Assembly (NCBI RefSeq): GCF_054482595.1
Contig: NZ_CM137008.1
Reading direction: 5' to 3' (one strand)
DNA: 64,000 nt
The notes below the pieces were generated by a model. The model worked only from the letters and a program-made list of their open reading frames with translations, was not told the DNA's origin and ran no database searches. Position 1 is the stretch's first letter; each line of letters starts with the position of its first letter. Of the stretch, positions 1 through 9,584 are shown piece after piece. Both the position numbers and the translations under genes were made by a program.

Positions 1-136
1 TTGATAGCCAGTCATCCCATTGCGACACTCGGCTAAAAAACAGGTCATTTGTCGCCTCGGTTCTGGCTTCATCGCTCGCCATCCAGTCTGCGTCAAACTT
101 ACACAGAATGGAATTGAGTCTGTTTTCGTCGGCCAT
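1..136 (-). CDS. Portal protein, N-terminal fragment (P22 gp1-like); gene runs off the window
   Basis: Minus-strand ATG at 134-136 directly after terL stop; translation [43 protein letters not shown] resembles recalled P22 portal N-terminus. Confidence 0.5.
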   Translation of the reverse strand, partial: MADENRLNSILCKFDADWMASDEARTEATNDLFFSRVSQWDDWLS

Positions 137-1636
137 TTAAGTTCTCCGTGCGATGGGCCTGATTGGGGCTGGTATCTTTTTCTCTTTTGGTTTTTTGATG
201 TCGCGCATCATTTTGGCGAAGCGGCGCATCATGTATGCATAGCGAACAGCTGAGAGAACGTCGTCGTTAAGCTTGACGATTTTCCCGTTTTCATCACGGT
301 GATAGAGGCGGAACTCCTCAAAGAATGGCTCACAGGTGTTGAATACTTTGAAGCGACCGTCGAGCATCATGTCTCGCAATTCAGTGATGCCAGGCTCAAC
401 AGCATTACCGCCATCAGGCCATGTCGCATGCTCCTGCAACATCATAAATCCAGCGTCTGCATACTGCCCTTTGAGCTGCTCACCGCCGCCCTTCTCGTGC
501 TGGTTTCCGTCATGAGGCCATGCTGTTGGCACTTTATGCGCCCATGATTTAACCGCTCCCCATGCCTGAACGGCTGTTTTTTCTTTCGCCTTCCACACGC
601 GTGAAACGTAGATTGTGTCTGCGTCCTTATCCCACCAAATCTGAACCTGCGCCTGCGGGTGATCCCATCCGAAATCCATCCCGCCAATTACGTAGAAGTG
701 ATCAGGACACTCGAACGGCTGACACTTAATCGTCTCTTCCGGTATCTGGAAGATTCGACCACTACCCATCGTAGGAATACCGCGAGCACGCGCCTCTCTC
801 TCATGCTCAGGATAGGATGCGATGATTTGCTCTTTCTGCTCGTCGGTATAGTGCTCAGCGTCATAGATGGTCATGTTGACCACTTTCTGCGACTTGCTGG
901 GATTCTTCAGGAACTTGGTAACAACGTCAGACATCCCCATCAGCGGGGTAAATGTCAGAATTGAGAATTGCCCGTATTTGTTGGTACGGGTAAGACCTTC
1001 GCCATAAATGCTGTATGGTGGCTCTTCGTCAAACCACACGCCGTGGATTGTGTCACCCTGCCAGCGAGCACGGCCTTGCGAGTATGGCTTGAAGTAGCAG
1101 ATTGAAATGCCATCTTCAACGCCATCAGCCGTGTGATGCTTAACCAGAAGATGATCAACAAGGTTCGGAAAGAAAGGAGACTTCTTCCAGCTAATGATGT
1201 CTTCTTTCGGTATGGAACCGTAGCCAGGCTCATCATTCTCTTCGATACGACCGCACAGGATGCGTTGAGTCGTTTTGGTTACAGTCTCGTTTGTCTCTCC
1301 ACCAATCCAGAAGACAACAGGCTCATAGAAACGCTTACCTTTCCACTCACCGCCATATTTACCATCAGCAGGATAGCCTTTTGTGCCCGGATAACGACCG
1401 GTAAGGTGAAACGCGACTTCAGCAGCACCAGTAAATGACTTACCAAGCTGGTTACCAGCCATAAAACATCGCTCTGGATAGTCATGCCCGGCGTCGATGA
1501 ACTCACGCTGCTTGCTGTATGGCGTAAATTCATATAGCAGGTGTGTGTTCCGGTAGTTCTCTTCTTCTTCGAGTAGCTCGAGCAACTCGATTTGCTCTTC
1601 GTCGCTCAGGTTATCAAGAATCGCGTCCAGTTCCAC
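137..1636 (-). CDS. Terminase large subunit (P22 gp2-like)
   Basis: 499 aa ORF; recalled match to P22 TerL; position after terS. Confidence 0.85.
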   Translation of the reverse strand: MELDAILDNLSDEEQIELLELLEEEENYRNTHLLYEFTPYSKQREFIDAGHDYPERCFMAGNQLGKSFTGAAEVAFHLTGRYPGTKGYPADGKYGGEWKGKRFYEPVVFWIGGETNETVTKTTQRILCGRIEENDEPGYGSIPKEDIISWKKSPFFPNLVDHLLVKHHTADGVEDGISICYFKPYSQGRARWQGDTIHGVWFDEEPPYSIYGEGLTRTNKYGQFSILTFTPLMGMSDVVTKFLKNPSKSQKVVNMTIYDAEHYTDEQKEQIIASYPEHEREARARGIPTMGSGRIFQIPEETIKCQPFECPDHFYVIGGMDFGWDHPQAQVQIWWDKDADTIYVSRVWKAKEKTAVQAWGAVKSWAHKVPTAWPHDGNQHEKGGGEQLKGQYADAGFMMLQEHATWPDGGNAVEPGITELRDMMLDGRFKVFNTCEPFFEEFRLYHRDENGKIVKLNDDVLSAVRYAYMMRRFAKMMRDIKKPKEKKIPAPIRPIARRT

Positions 1637-2102
1637 GGTTGAATAGCTCCTTGATACGAGAGCGCCGCTTATCGCGATCTCCCTTATCAGGTGTCACGTC
1701 TTCAACTTGCGACTGCTCTTTGAGGCCCAAATCACGGGCGATGATGTTAGCGTTGAGAAGGTCAGCGGCTGCGCCAGAGAATTTCTGGTCGTAGATGACC
1801 TGTTCTGCTCGCGTAACGACTTCAGATAAATCTTCTCGCAGGCGATATGTGCGCCATGTTTCAAGCGTCACATCAATGAACAGAGTGAGGCCGGTAATGG
1901 TCATCGCTCGCATCTTGGCGATAGGCTCTTGTATTACTTCACCCTGATACGAGAACGCCTTCATCTCCCATAGCGGGTTAGCTTCCACCCACTCGAAGTA
2001 TTCACAACAAGCAGCCCACAGCGCCTCAGGCGATTCGAATTTAGGATTTCGCCCATGACTACTGCGGGCCTCCCAAAATCGGTTGCCCTTTGGTGCTGCC
2101 AT
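1614..2102 (-). CDS. Terminase small subunit (P22 gp3-like)
   Basis: 162 aa ORF immediately upstream of terL, overlapping it. Confidence 0.75.
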   Translation of the reverse strand: MAAPKGNRFWEARSSHGRNPKFESPEALWAACCEYFEWVEANPLWEMKAFSYQGEVIQEPIAKMRAMTITGLTLFIDVTLETWRTYRLREDLSEVVTRAEQVIYDQKFSGAAADLLNANIIARDLGLKEQSQVEDVTPDKGDRDKRRSRIKELFNRGTGRDS

Positions 2103-2181
2103 ATTGATTATTTCCCTTCTGCTTGCTTATCCCATTCATCGCGGAATTTGGATGGGTTGTCGAAACCTTGAGTTGCCATGT

Positions 2182-2424
2182 TTATGCTCCTGTAGTGAAC
2201 AGATCTAACGCTTCCTTCGATTTACGCACCGCTTCGATAGTGCGGGTCGTGATATCTGAATTAGCGCCGCCTGACTGGAAGTGAATTTTGAATAGCTCAA
2301 GCTTCAACTCGTCAGTGCCAATGAACTGAAATGCTTCTTCTGCGGCTGCGTTCTGGTTCATGACCAGTTTGTAAATCTCTAACTGGAATTTCTGTTCTTC
2401 AGTCATGGGAATAATCTCTGCCAT
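2182..2424 (-). CDS. Hypothetical phage protein
   Basis: 80 aa ORF between lysis genes and terS; no recognised family. Confidence 0.3.
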   Translation of the reverse strand: MAEIIPMTEEQKFQLEIYKLVMNQNAAAEEAFQFIGTDELKLELFKIHFQSGGANSDITTRTIEAVRKSKEALDLFTTGA

Positions 2425-2571
2425 TGTTGGCTCCGTTTATCCGTTAAAAGGGATATCAGTTAAGTTATCCCGTGTAGGGTATAAGCCATTATCAAAGCCA
2501 CTCTGTAGGGAATGGCTTTTGTGATGGCAATAAAAAAGGCCGCCTAAGCGACCTTTCATTTTTCATCCGTT

Positions 2572-2790
2572 TTAATCATCTGGGTAATTAAGCGGCATCC
2601 AGTGTGTAACCTTGCTTGCTCCTGAATCGATGAATGCCTTGGTTCTCTGCCAGTAAGAGCCCATACATGATAGTTTGAACACGTCACCAGTATCAGTAAG
2701 AGCTATAACCTCTTTAGACCACATCCCTTCTTTGCTTTCTGGTAGCCGGTGTTCAACATTGATCCATTGGTTTCCGTTATCATCCATCAC
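2572..2790 (-). CDS. Small phage protein, DUF551-like
   Basis: 72 aa ORF ending ...VTHWMPLNYPDD, reminiscent of the DUF551 C-terminus. Confidence 0.35.
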   Translation of the reverse strand: MMDDNGNQWINVEHRLPESKEGMWSKEVIALTDTGDVFKLSCMGSYWQRTKAFIDSGASKVTHWMPLNYPDD

Positions 2791-3226
2791 AACCTCGTCT
2801 AGTTGTTCGTCATAGATTCAGTGGCTGGCGGTGACGATTCCGCTTTTCGGGAGCTACCCTAGCCACTGTTTTATTCTATCCGATGTCTTTCCATCAGTCC
2901 GCCACCACAAAGAATCTTTTTTGCCATAAGGCAGGAGGTTCATCTTTCAGTGGCTGCCAGTGTTATTTCCCCACCTACTGGCTTGGGTTGTTTCGCTGTA
3001 CTGCCGTAACTGGTTGCCCAGAATAAATTCCGGTTTCATTATCAAGCCCACCCGTAGATAGGCTTTGTAATGAACCGGCTCTTATCTCAACGCAGCCCCT
3101 TACCGCGCGCCAGATGCTCAATATCAAGCATCAGCAATGAGATGTTTAATCTGGATTCACTCCAGAAGTGATCACCACCCTGTCTACAGAGCCAGATGTG
3201 AAGGATGATGAGTAAAATTATCGCTA

Positions 3227-3664
3227 TCATCGAAGGCATTGCGTCCTGATGTATTCCTGCAGGTAGTCAACCTGCGCGGTTATCCTGTCGATTCCACTTC
3301 GGAGACGGTAATAATTGAGTTCAGCATCTGCTGTAAGTCTTGGGCTTTCTCCATTGCCCATGCCGCTGGCTCCGGTCGTTGACTTTGCACAGGTGGCGGC
3401 GACTTGCAGGCGCTTACGACCAGCAGAAACATCAGCACGGAGACTTTCGATAGTCGCGTTAGCATCAGCAAGCTCCTTTGTGTATCTGGCGTCAAGTTCT
3501 GCTACATCACGTTGACGCTTCTGCATGTCAGCGATTGTGGATGTGGCTTTATCACGTTGCTCTTTGTAGGCGATGGCGTTATCACGGTAATGATTAACAG
3601 CCCATGACAGGCAGACGATGATGCAGATAACCAGAGCGGAGATAATCGCGGTTACTCTGCTCAT
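3227..3664 (-). CDS. Rz: Rz i-spanin
   Basis: 145 aa ORF with N-terminal TM segment, directly after endolysin; contains embedded Rz1 frame. Confidence 0.75.
   Translation of the reverse strand: MSRVTAIISALVICIIVCLSWAVNHYRDNAIAYKEQRDKATSTIADMQKRQRDVAELDARYTKELADANATIESLRADVSAGRKRLQVAATCAKSTTGASGMGNGESPRLTADAELNYYRLRSGIDRITAQVDYLQEYIRTQCLR
3280..3465 (-). CDS. Rz1: Rz1 o-spanin lipoprotein (embedded in Rz, alternate frame)
   Basis: Embedded ORF with lipobox LVVSAC and proline-rich [14 protein letters not shown] like lambda Rz1; start set at internal Met. Confidence 0.6.
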   Translation of the reverse strand: MLTRLSKVSVLMFLLVVSACKSPPPVQSQRPEPAAWAMEKAQDLQQMLNSIITVSEVESTG

Positions 3665-4137
3665 ACCTCAATCTCTCTGACCGTTCCGCCTGCTTCTTTG
3701 AATTTTGCAATCAGGTTGTCAGCCTTATGCTCGAACTGACCATAACCAGCACCCGGCAACGAAGCCCAGATATTGCTGCAACGGTCGATTGCCTGACGGA
3801 TGTCACCGCGATCAATCATCGGTAAAGCGCCACGCTCTTTAATCTGTTGCAATGCCACAGCGTCCTGGCTTTTGGGAGAGAAGTCTTTCAGGCCAAGTTG
3901 CTTGCGGTAGGCATCCCACCAACGTGAAAGAAGCTGGTAACGTCCGGCGGCTGTTGATTTGAGCTTTGGGTTTAGCGTGACACGTTTGCGAGGGTGATCG
4001 GAGTAATCAGTGAATAGCTCTCCGCCAACAATGACGTCATAACCATGATTTCTGGTTTTCTGACGTCCGTTATCAGTTCCCTCCGACCACGCCAGCATAT
4101 CGAGGAACGCCTTACGTTGATTATTGATTTCCACCAT
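3661..4137 (-). CDS. R: Endolysin R (lambda-type lytic transglycosylase)
   Basis: 158 aa; near-identical to recalled lambda R ([35 protein letters not shown]...). Confidence 0.9.
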   Translation of the reverse strand: MVEINNQRKAFLDMLAWSEGTDNGRQKTRNHGYDVIVGGELFTDYSDHPRKRVTLNPKLKSTAAGRYQLLSRWWDAYRKQLGLKDFSPKSQDAVALQQIKERGALPMIDRGDIRQAIDRCSNIWASLPGAGYGQFEHKADNLIAKFKEAGGTVREIEV

Positions 4138-4444
4138 CTTCTACTCCGGCTTTTTTAGCAGCGAAGCGTTTGATAAGCGAACCTATCGAGTCAGTACCGA
4201 TGTAGCCGATAAACACGCTCGTTATATAAGCGAGATTGCTACTTAGTCCGGCGAAGTCGAGAAGGTCACGAATGAACCAGGCGATAATGGCGCACATCGT
4301 TGCGTCGATTACTGTTTTTGTAAACGCACCGCCATTATATCTGCCGCGAAGGTACGCCATTGCAAACGCAAGGATTGCCCCGATGCCTTGTTCCTTTGCC
4401 GCGAGAATGGCGGCTAACAGGTCATGTTTTTCTGGCATCTTCAT
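4121..4444 (-). CDS. S: Holin S (lambda-type)
   Basis: 107 aa; matches recalled lambda S ([62 protein letters not shown]...). Confidence 0.9.
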   Translation of the reverse strand: MKMPEKHDLLAAILAAKEQGIGAILAFAMAYLRGRYNGGAFTKTVIDATMCAIIAWFIRDLLDFAGLSSNLAYITSVFIGYIGTDSIGSLIKRFAAKKAGVEDGGNQ

Positions 4445-4980
4445 GTCTTACCCCCAATAAGGGGATTTGCTCTATTTAATTAGGAATAAGGTCGATTACT
4501 GATAGAACAAATCCAGGCTACTGTGTTTAGTAATCAGATTTGTTCGTGACCGATATGCACGGGCAAAACGGCATGAGGTTGTTAGCGCAGCCTCTTGCCA
4601 CCCGCTTTCACGAAGGTCATGTGTAGAAGGCCGCAGCATAACTATCACTGATGAATTCAGGACAGCTAGTGGCTACGGCTCAGTTTGGGTTGTGGCGGCC
4701 GGAATCGAACCGGCTTCCATCGGTGCGCTGCCGATTGCAGTACGCGCGGCGGTCAGCTACATGACTAGTATTTTCACTATCGCCTATCTGCTAGCTCGCC
4801 ATTGAGCTTCACCACAACGATAAGAGCACTGCGCGGCACCTTTCACCAATTCCGCGAGGTCTGCGGGTTCAATGCTCTTACCTGTTGTGCAAATAAAAAA
4901 GCCACCGTTGCAACTTAAGAGTCACTAACGGCAGCTTATGCGAATAGTGTTGCTCATTTGTTCAATGATGTCAACACGTT

Positions 4981-5469
4981 CTATGCTACATGTTTAATTT
5001 TCTCTACACGTTTCCGGTTTTTAAACGCACTATCCAGAACTGGGTAAATCATAAACAACGAAGCATTGAGGATTTCGTCAACTTCCCGGCGACAGGTTGC
5101 GAGCGATGGTTTTTGAATACGCCCGCCGCCCCGGCATAACATCTTGCGAGGTCTTGCGACACGATGATAGTAAGATGCAATGGCATGCTTGGAAGATCCA
5201 TGAGCGTAGTAGCTGAGGAGGATGCCAAAGGCTTTCTTGTCAATGCACATGACGGAATCGACGACCTGAGAAATCAACATTCCATCATCATCATTACACA
5301 TTGGCCTTGTCATAACTCTTCCCGGCTCTACGCTCTCCATGAACTTCGCTATTACGCTGCTCATGCGCTTTTCCAGGCGACCTGAATAAACCCATGCGCC
5401 CCACAGTTCAAGCCAGCCATTCAGCCACTCGTGCTGTTCTTTGGTGAGGTTTAGTTCTCTTATGCTCAT
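4981..5469 (-). CDS. Q: Late-gene antiterminator Q-like (phage 21 Q-type)
   Basis: 162 aa ORF immediately downstream of ninH and upstream of the lysis cassette; Cys/His-rich; assignment mainly positional. Confidence 0.55.
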   Translation of the reverse strand: MSIRELNLTKEQHEWLNGWLELWGAWVYSGRLEKRMSSVIAKFMESVEPGRVMTRPMCNDDDGMLISQVVDSVMCIDKKAFGILLSYYAHGSSKHAIASYYHRVARPRKMLCRGGGRIQKPSLATCRREVDEILNASLFMIYPVLDSAFKNRKRVEKIKHVA

Positions 5470-5654
5470 CGCCTTCCCCTCTTGCCCTGTTTGACCATCA
5501 GGACGCCGTTAACTATTACGTGACGCTCACCTTTGCTGTCTCGGTTGTACTTGAGCACTGTTCCTCTTGCACAGGAAAGCATCCTTGCCACTTCGGTCTG
5601 ATTGCCTCGTGTCTGGATAAGAAGCTCTGGTATCGTTTGAATTGTGGCGTTCAT
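5466..5654 (-). CDS. ninH: NinH
   Basis: 62 aa; resembles recalled lambda NinH (TIPELL...GNQTEVARML.C.RGTV.KY...HVIVNGVLMV). Confidence 0.7.
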   Translation of the reverse strand: MNATIQTIPELLIQTRGNQTEVARMLSCARGTVLKYNRDSKGERHVIVNGVLMVKQGKRGRR

Positions 5655-6013
5655 ACGTTCTCCAGTTCGGTGATTTTTATTCCAAGCCTTCCGCCTGGTA
5701 CTTTCACACCACGAATTACGCGAATGTCATCGAATTGCTCGTCGTCTTCCGCAAATCCGGCGTGGATAAGGGAGTCGAGTAAACCCTTCAGGATGTTATC
5801 GAGGTCGCGGCGGCGGGAGTCTGGAACGTCTGCGATGACTTTGATGCGGAGTCGTGATTTGGTGAAAATGTCTAACTTGAGTTGGCGGATGATTTGCTGA
5901 ACGTCTTTTCGGTATTTCTGGCCTTTATCGCTGATGTAGTATTGGCTTCCCCGTCTTCGCCAGTAGGTGTTCACCGACGGCGGGTAAGGAAGCACAAACT
6001 GATATTCGTTCAT
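5651..6013 (-). CDS. rusA: RusA-type Holliday junction resolvase
   Basis: 120 aa; PDSRRRDLDNILK motif and overall similarity to RusA. Confidence 0.85.
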   Translation of the reverse strand: MNEYQFVLPYPPSVNTYWRRRGSQYYISDKGQKYRKDVQQIIRQLKLDIFTKSRLRIKVIADVPDSRRRDLDNILKGLLDSLIHAGFAEDDEQFDDIRVIRGVKVPGGRLGIKITELENV

Positions 6014-6300
6014 GACTTAATCTTCCCCTCCTTCAGCAGTATCGCCTGCGTCCTGATTACGCCTTCGAGGTGGTAAAGTCTGGCGTCTTTGTTGTCGAGA
6101 TTATGGGTGCGTCGGTCGATCTCCGCGTGGCAGTCACTACAAGCCCATGCGCCGATCAGGTCGTCAGGCTTCATTCCCGTTCCGCAAATTCCAGCCATCC
6201 GGTAATGTGCCAGAACTGTAGTTTCAGGGTTGCCATTGCATACGCCGTAAATACGTACCTGACATTCTCTTCCGCGCGCTTCTTTGCGTAGGTTAGCCAT
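6010..6300 (-). CDS. YbcO-like putative nuclease (DUF1364)
   Basis: 96 aa; strong similarity to recalled DLP12 YbcO (ARGRECQVRI.GVCNGNPET.VLAH...CHDEIDRRTH). Confidence 0.7.
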   Translation of the reverse strand: MANLRKEARGRECQVRIYGVCNGNPETTVLAHYRMAGICGTGMKPDDLIGAWACSDCHAEIDRRTHNLDNKDARLYHLEGVIRTQAILLKEGKIKS

Positions 6301-7022
6301 TAAGCAGCCTCCCCTGTTACTTTCAGCATTCCGTTATCGAGCAGCTTTCTGGTCAGCCACTGTTGACCACGCCCGGTGATTTTTGTGGTAAACGATATCT
6401 GTATTCCGTGATTTGTGTTGACCGCTGTTTCTTTCACTGTGAAATAGCCGCGATCCATATATTCCTGCATTGGCACATTGCGCCGGGAACCTGAAGCAAT
6501 AAGGATTTTGTGATCGCGCATCCATGCAAACAGTTTGTTTGGACCAATACCAACAACCTTTGCATAGTTTCCAATCAAAATTCCGCTGGCCTCGCCAACT
6601 CGATCGGCAAACTCAACTTTAGGTGCGGCAATTGCGAGCTGGTTTTCCAGTTGCATTTTCTGCTCAGCAAGATCAGCAGCAAGGCGCAACGCTTCCGGTA
6701 ACGTTTTGGGGATATTAACCGCAGTTTCTTCAAGCTCTCGCCAACGGTCAACAAGACGAGCGGTGAATTCCGGCGACAACTGGGCTACAACGACAATACT
6801 GTCTCGCTTTCCTTGTTCGCCTTCGAAGACGTAAGCCTCGACACTACGGCGCAGCCCTAAGTTATTGATTTTTTCGAAAACCTGCAATGCAGGAAGTTGA
6901 ATAACTCCAGATTTAGCCAGGCGCTCTATTGATATTTTTACGTTATCTGGACGACTTCCCACCAACTCAGCGATTTCAATGCTTGTCATTTTGATGGCAT
7001 TGCCATTTATTAACTCATTCAT
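6300..7022 (-). CDS. Phage antirepressor, Rha N-terminal domain with Ant-type C-terminal domain
   Basis: 240 aa; N-terminus MTSIEIAELVGSRPDNVKISIERL typical of Rha family. Confidence 0.55.
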   Translation of the reverse strand: MNELINGNAIKMTSIEIAELVGSRPDNVKISIERLAKSGVIQLPALQVFEKINNLGLRRSVEAYVFEGEQGKRDSIVVVAQLSPEFTARLVDRWRELEETAVNIPKTLPEALRLAADLAEQKMQLENQLAIAAPKVEFADRVGEASGILIGNYAKVVGIGPNKLFAWMRDHKILIASGSRRNVPMQEYMDRGYFTVKETAVNTNHGIQISFTTKITGRGQQWLTRKLLDNGMLKVTGEAA

Positions 7023-7191
7023 CGTCTTCTTCCTCGTACATTGAGCTATTCGGATCGCTCATCAGTTCTGCGCAGCAGTGCTTACACACGTGAACTTCCA
7101 GCACATGCAGCTTCTGACCGCAGTTAGCGCACGTTAAAGCTCGCTCGACGCTTTCTTTCTGGTATTGAAGGGATTGGGATGGGCTAAGCAT
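7015..7191 (-). CDS. ninF: NinF
   Basis: 58 aa ORF below the track threshold, found by translation: [58 protein letters not shown]; matches recalled lambda NinF. Confidence 0.65.
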   Translation of the reverse strand: MLSPSQSLQYQKESVERALTCANCGQKLHVLEVHVCKHCCAELMSDPNSSMYEEEDDE

Positions 7192-7568
7192 TATTGGATT
7201 CTCTGCATCATGAGAAAGACAATCATGGCGGCGCGGAGAGGTCTGGTATCAAATATTGGGCTTACACCTTTTGCATCCACACACCATTCAGTTAACTGGT
7301 CTAAGATAGAAATCCGGTATTTCTCAATAATCGGCCATGAGGCGCTCGGATCATTGCAGTAGTCAGGTAAAGGGTTTAATGGCTCAAGACTTGTATCAGA
7401 ATTTCCGTAATACCATTTATTGGTGTTATTCCCTGATGTTTCCGGTTTACATGCCCAAAGGCCTTTAAAAATTATGTCTCCTACCATTCTGTTAATTTCA
7501 AAATCACTTAACTGTGAATAATCCATTGTCATTTCCTCGCACGATGTATTAGCCACCGGATATCCCAC
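7191..7568 (-). CDS. Hypothetical nin-region protein
   Basis: 125 aa ORF (true start may be an internal Met); no recognised family. Confidence 0.35.
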   Translation of the reverse strand: MGYPVANTSCEEMTMDYSQLSDFEINRMVGDIIFKGLWACKPETSGNNTNKWYYGNSDTSLEPLNPLPDYCNDPSASWPIIEKYRISILDQLTEWCVDAKGVSPIFDTRPLRAAMIVFLMMQRIQ

Positions 7569-7701
7569 AGGTGAGCCGTGTAGTTGAATGTTTTTACGTC
7601 AGATTCTTTTGGGATTGGCTTGGGTTTATTTCTGGAGCGTTTCGTTGGAAGGTATTTGCAGTTTTCACAGATTATGTCGGTGATGCTTCGTCGCTGTCGT
7701 C

Positions 7702-8547
7702 TCATGCCGCATCCTCAAAATTAAATCCAAGCTGACATGAAAATGCTTCACATGATTCAGAACACGAACCTGAATCATACTGTCGCATTGATGTCATTCT
7801 TGAGGCTAACTCATCTCTTGATATATCACTAAACAAGGCAATCAGTGATTTAAGTGTATTATTCCCTCGATACATAACCGGTTCCTTTCCTGTTTTTATT
7901 TCTGTATCAAGGATGTTGATAAATGCATCTGCAAGTTCTGGCTCATCCATGGCTGCCAGCGCAACCTTTTGCATACTTTTTTTTATACAGAAAACACAAT
8001 TACCAAGATGCTCCTGTATGCCAAGATCAAACTTCTGCCCACTCCACCAATCAAGCACATCCTGTTTTTCAAAATCGCTTATATCAGCCAGGTACCGAAA
8101 ACCATTAGCCCTTTTAAGCCTGTTTGGTTCATCTGTGCGAATGCCAAGCCATGTGATGTAATTTCCTTTCCCAAACTTTTCCTGACAATATTTGGTGAAT
8201 GGAACAGACTTCATTCTGTCGGTACAGAACGCACCGCCGATATATGGATGTCCGTATTTATTTAACATCCTTTTCCACGGTATAAGATCTGGACCAATAT
8301 CATTGACACCTATCTCTTCATAACTACTGGCCTTCCCCATTTCTGGATTAGGTATTACACGAAGGCAATGTAAGTCTATTTTCCAGTTACTGACGATATT
8401 TCGGATGAACTCATATGTTTTAGGGTGCTCTGCCCCTGTATCCATGAAAACGTAATGCACGTCTTCACCTGACTGTCGCTTTTGCTCCATTAGCCAGAGC
8501 AAATATGCTGACGTCCTGCCACCTGAGAAACTAACGACATTTACCAT
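7702..8547 (-). CDS. PAPS reductase-like / PP-loop ATP pyrophosphatase family protein (possibly NinC-equivalent)
   Basis: N-terminal [16 protein letters not shown]-loop motif; start set at Met MVNVV so it abuts the methyltransferase gene; NinC equivalence not verified. Confidence 0.5.
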   Translation of the reverse strand: MVNVVSFSGGRTSAYLLWLMEQKRQSGEDVHYVFMDTGAEHPKTYEFIRNIVSNWKIDLHCLRVIPNPEMGKASSYEEIGVNDIGPDLIPWKRMLNKYGHPYIGGAFCTDRMKSVPFTKYCQEKFGKGNYITWLGIRTDEPNRLKRANGFRYLADISDFEKQDVLDWWSGQKFDLGIQEHLGNCVFCIKKSMQKVALAAMDEPELADAFINILDTEIKTGKEPVMYRGNNTLKSLIALFSDISRDELASRMTSMRQYDSGSCSESCEAFSCQLGFNFEDAA

Positions 8548-9071
8548 GCAGCCCTCCTGACGCCCTGCCCGATCGCCATCAATGCCGCTTTGGATACGGT
8601 AGTAAACATCCGTCGAGGACTGATGAACGGTCGCCAAATCAGCAGCATGGAGCCTTTGCTGTTTCCCTTCTTCTCCAGCCCTGTCGATGGTTCGATAAAA
8701 TTAATCCGTCCATCAGTGATGATGCGAACTTCGTCAATACTCTCCAGAGCCTTGCTGAACCATCCGACAGACATATCCTCTGGCACAAGCATCACTACCG
8801 TCTGTCGCTGTTGTATGCACTGCTCAGCGGCTTTTTCCACCCACGGCCTGATATTGCTGTACGGTGGGTTATTCCAGATTGCACCGTGGCTTATCCACTC
8901 AGAATTTAGCGCGTCGTCGGCCTCAGTTAACCAGTGAGCGCACAGAGCATTTTTGTCGCTCGCTGCCGAATCCAGCCAGAATCCAAACTCAATATCCAGT
9001 GCATCAAAAAGCCAAAGCGGCGTTTGCCAGCAGTCCTTGTCGTGTGCTGGCGTATTTGATTTGATAGTCAT
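8541..9071 (-). CDS. Phage Dam-like DNA N6-adenine methyltransferase
   Basis: WQTPLWLFDAL...NPPYS motifs; start set at MTIKSN overlapping ninB stop. Confidence 0.6.
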   Translation of the reverse strand: MTIKSNTPAHDKDCWQTPLWLFDALDIEFGFWLDSAASDKNALCAHWLTEADDALNSEWISHGAIWNNPPYSNIRPWVEKAAEQCIQQRQTVVMLVPEDMSVGWFSKALESIDEVRIITDGRINFIEPSTGLEKKGNSKGSMLLIWRPFISPRRMFTTVSKAALMAIGQGVRRAAW

Positions 9072-9508
9072 GCAGCCCGATCTCCCCATCTCGCTTTCCA
9101 CTCCAGAGCCAGTCTCGCTTCGTCTGACCACTTAACGCCACGCTCTGTACCGAATGCCTGTATAAGCTCTAATAGCTCCGCAAATTCGCCTACACGCATC
9201 CTGCTGGTTGACTGGCCTATTACCACAAAGCCATTCCCGGCAAGGTTAGGAACAACATCCTGCTGCTTTAATGCTGCGGTAAACACACACTTCCAGCTTT
9301 CTGCATCCAGCCAGCGACCATGCCATTCAACCTGACGAGAGACGTCACCAAGGCAAGCCCAAAGCTTTCGATTCTGGTCTAAGCTGCGGTTGCGTTCCTG
9401 AATGGTTACTACGATTGGTTTGGTTGGGTCTGGAAGAATTTGCTGTACCGCGTGAATAGCGTTTTGCTGATGTGCTGGAGATCGAATTTCAAAGGTTAGT
9501 TTTTTCAT
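9068..9508 (-). CDS. ninB: NinB (Orf-family recombination mediator)
   Basis: About 146 aa from Met MKKLTFEIRS with GAGGG-type RBS; NinB-like sequence and position after the helicase gene. Confidence 0.7.
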   Translation of the reverse strand: MKKLTFEIRSPAHQQNAIHAVQQILPDPTKPIVVTIQERNRSLDQNRKLWACLGDVSRQVEWHGRWLDAESWKCVFTAALKQQDVVPNLAGNGFVVIGQSTSRMRVGEFAELLELIQAFGTERGVKWSDEARLALEWKARWGDRAA

Positions 9509-9525
9509 GACTTCCCTCTCCCCCA

Positions 9526-9555
9526 AATAAAAAGGCCTGCGATTACCAGCAGGCC
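9526..9555 (-). terminator. Rho-independent terminator (tR2-like, between helicase gene and nin region)
   Basis: GGCCTGC-N8-GCAGGCC hairpin followed by T-run on the minus strand. Confidence 0.4.
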
Positions 9556-9584
9556 TGTTATTAGCTCAGTGATGTAGATGGTCA

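Noticed and set aside
20-253. 77-aa plus-strand ORF at the left edge
   Set aside because: Lies antisense across the portal start and terL end; no RBS, overlapped by recognised phage genes.
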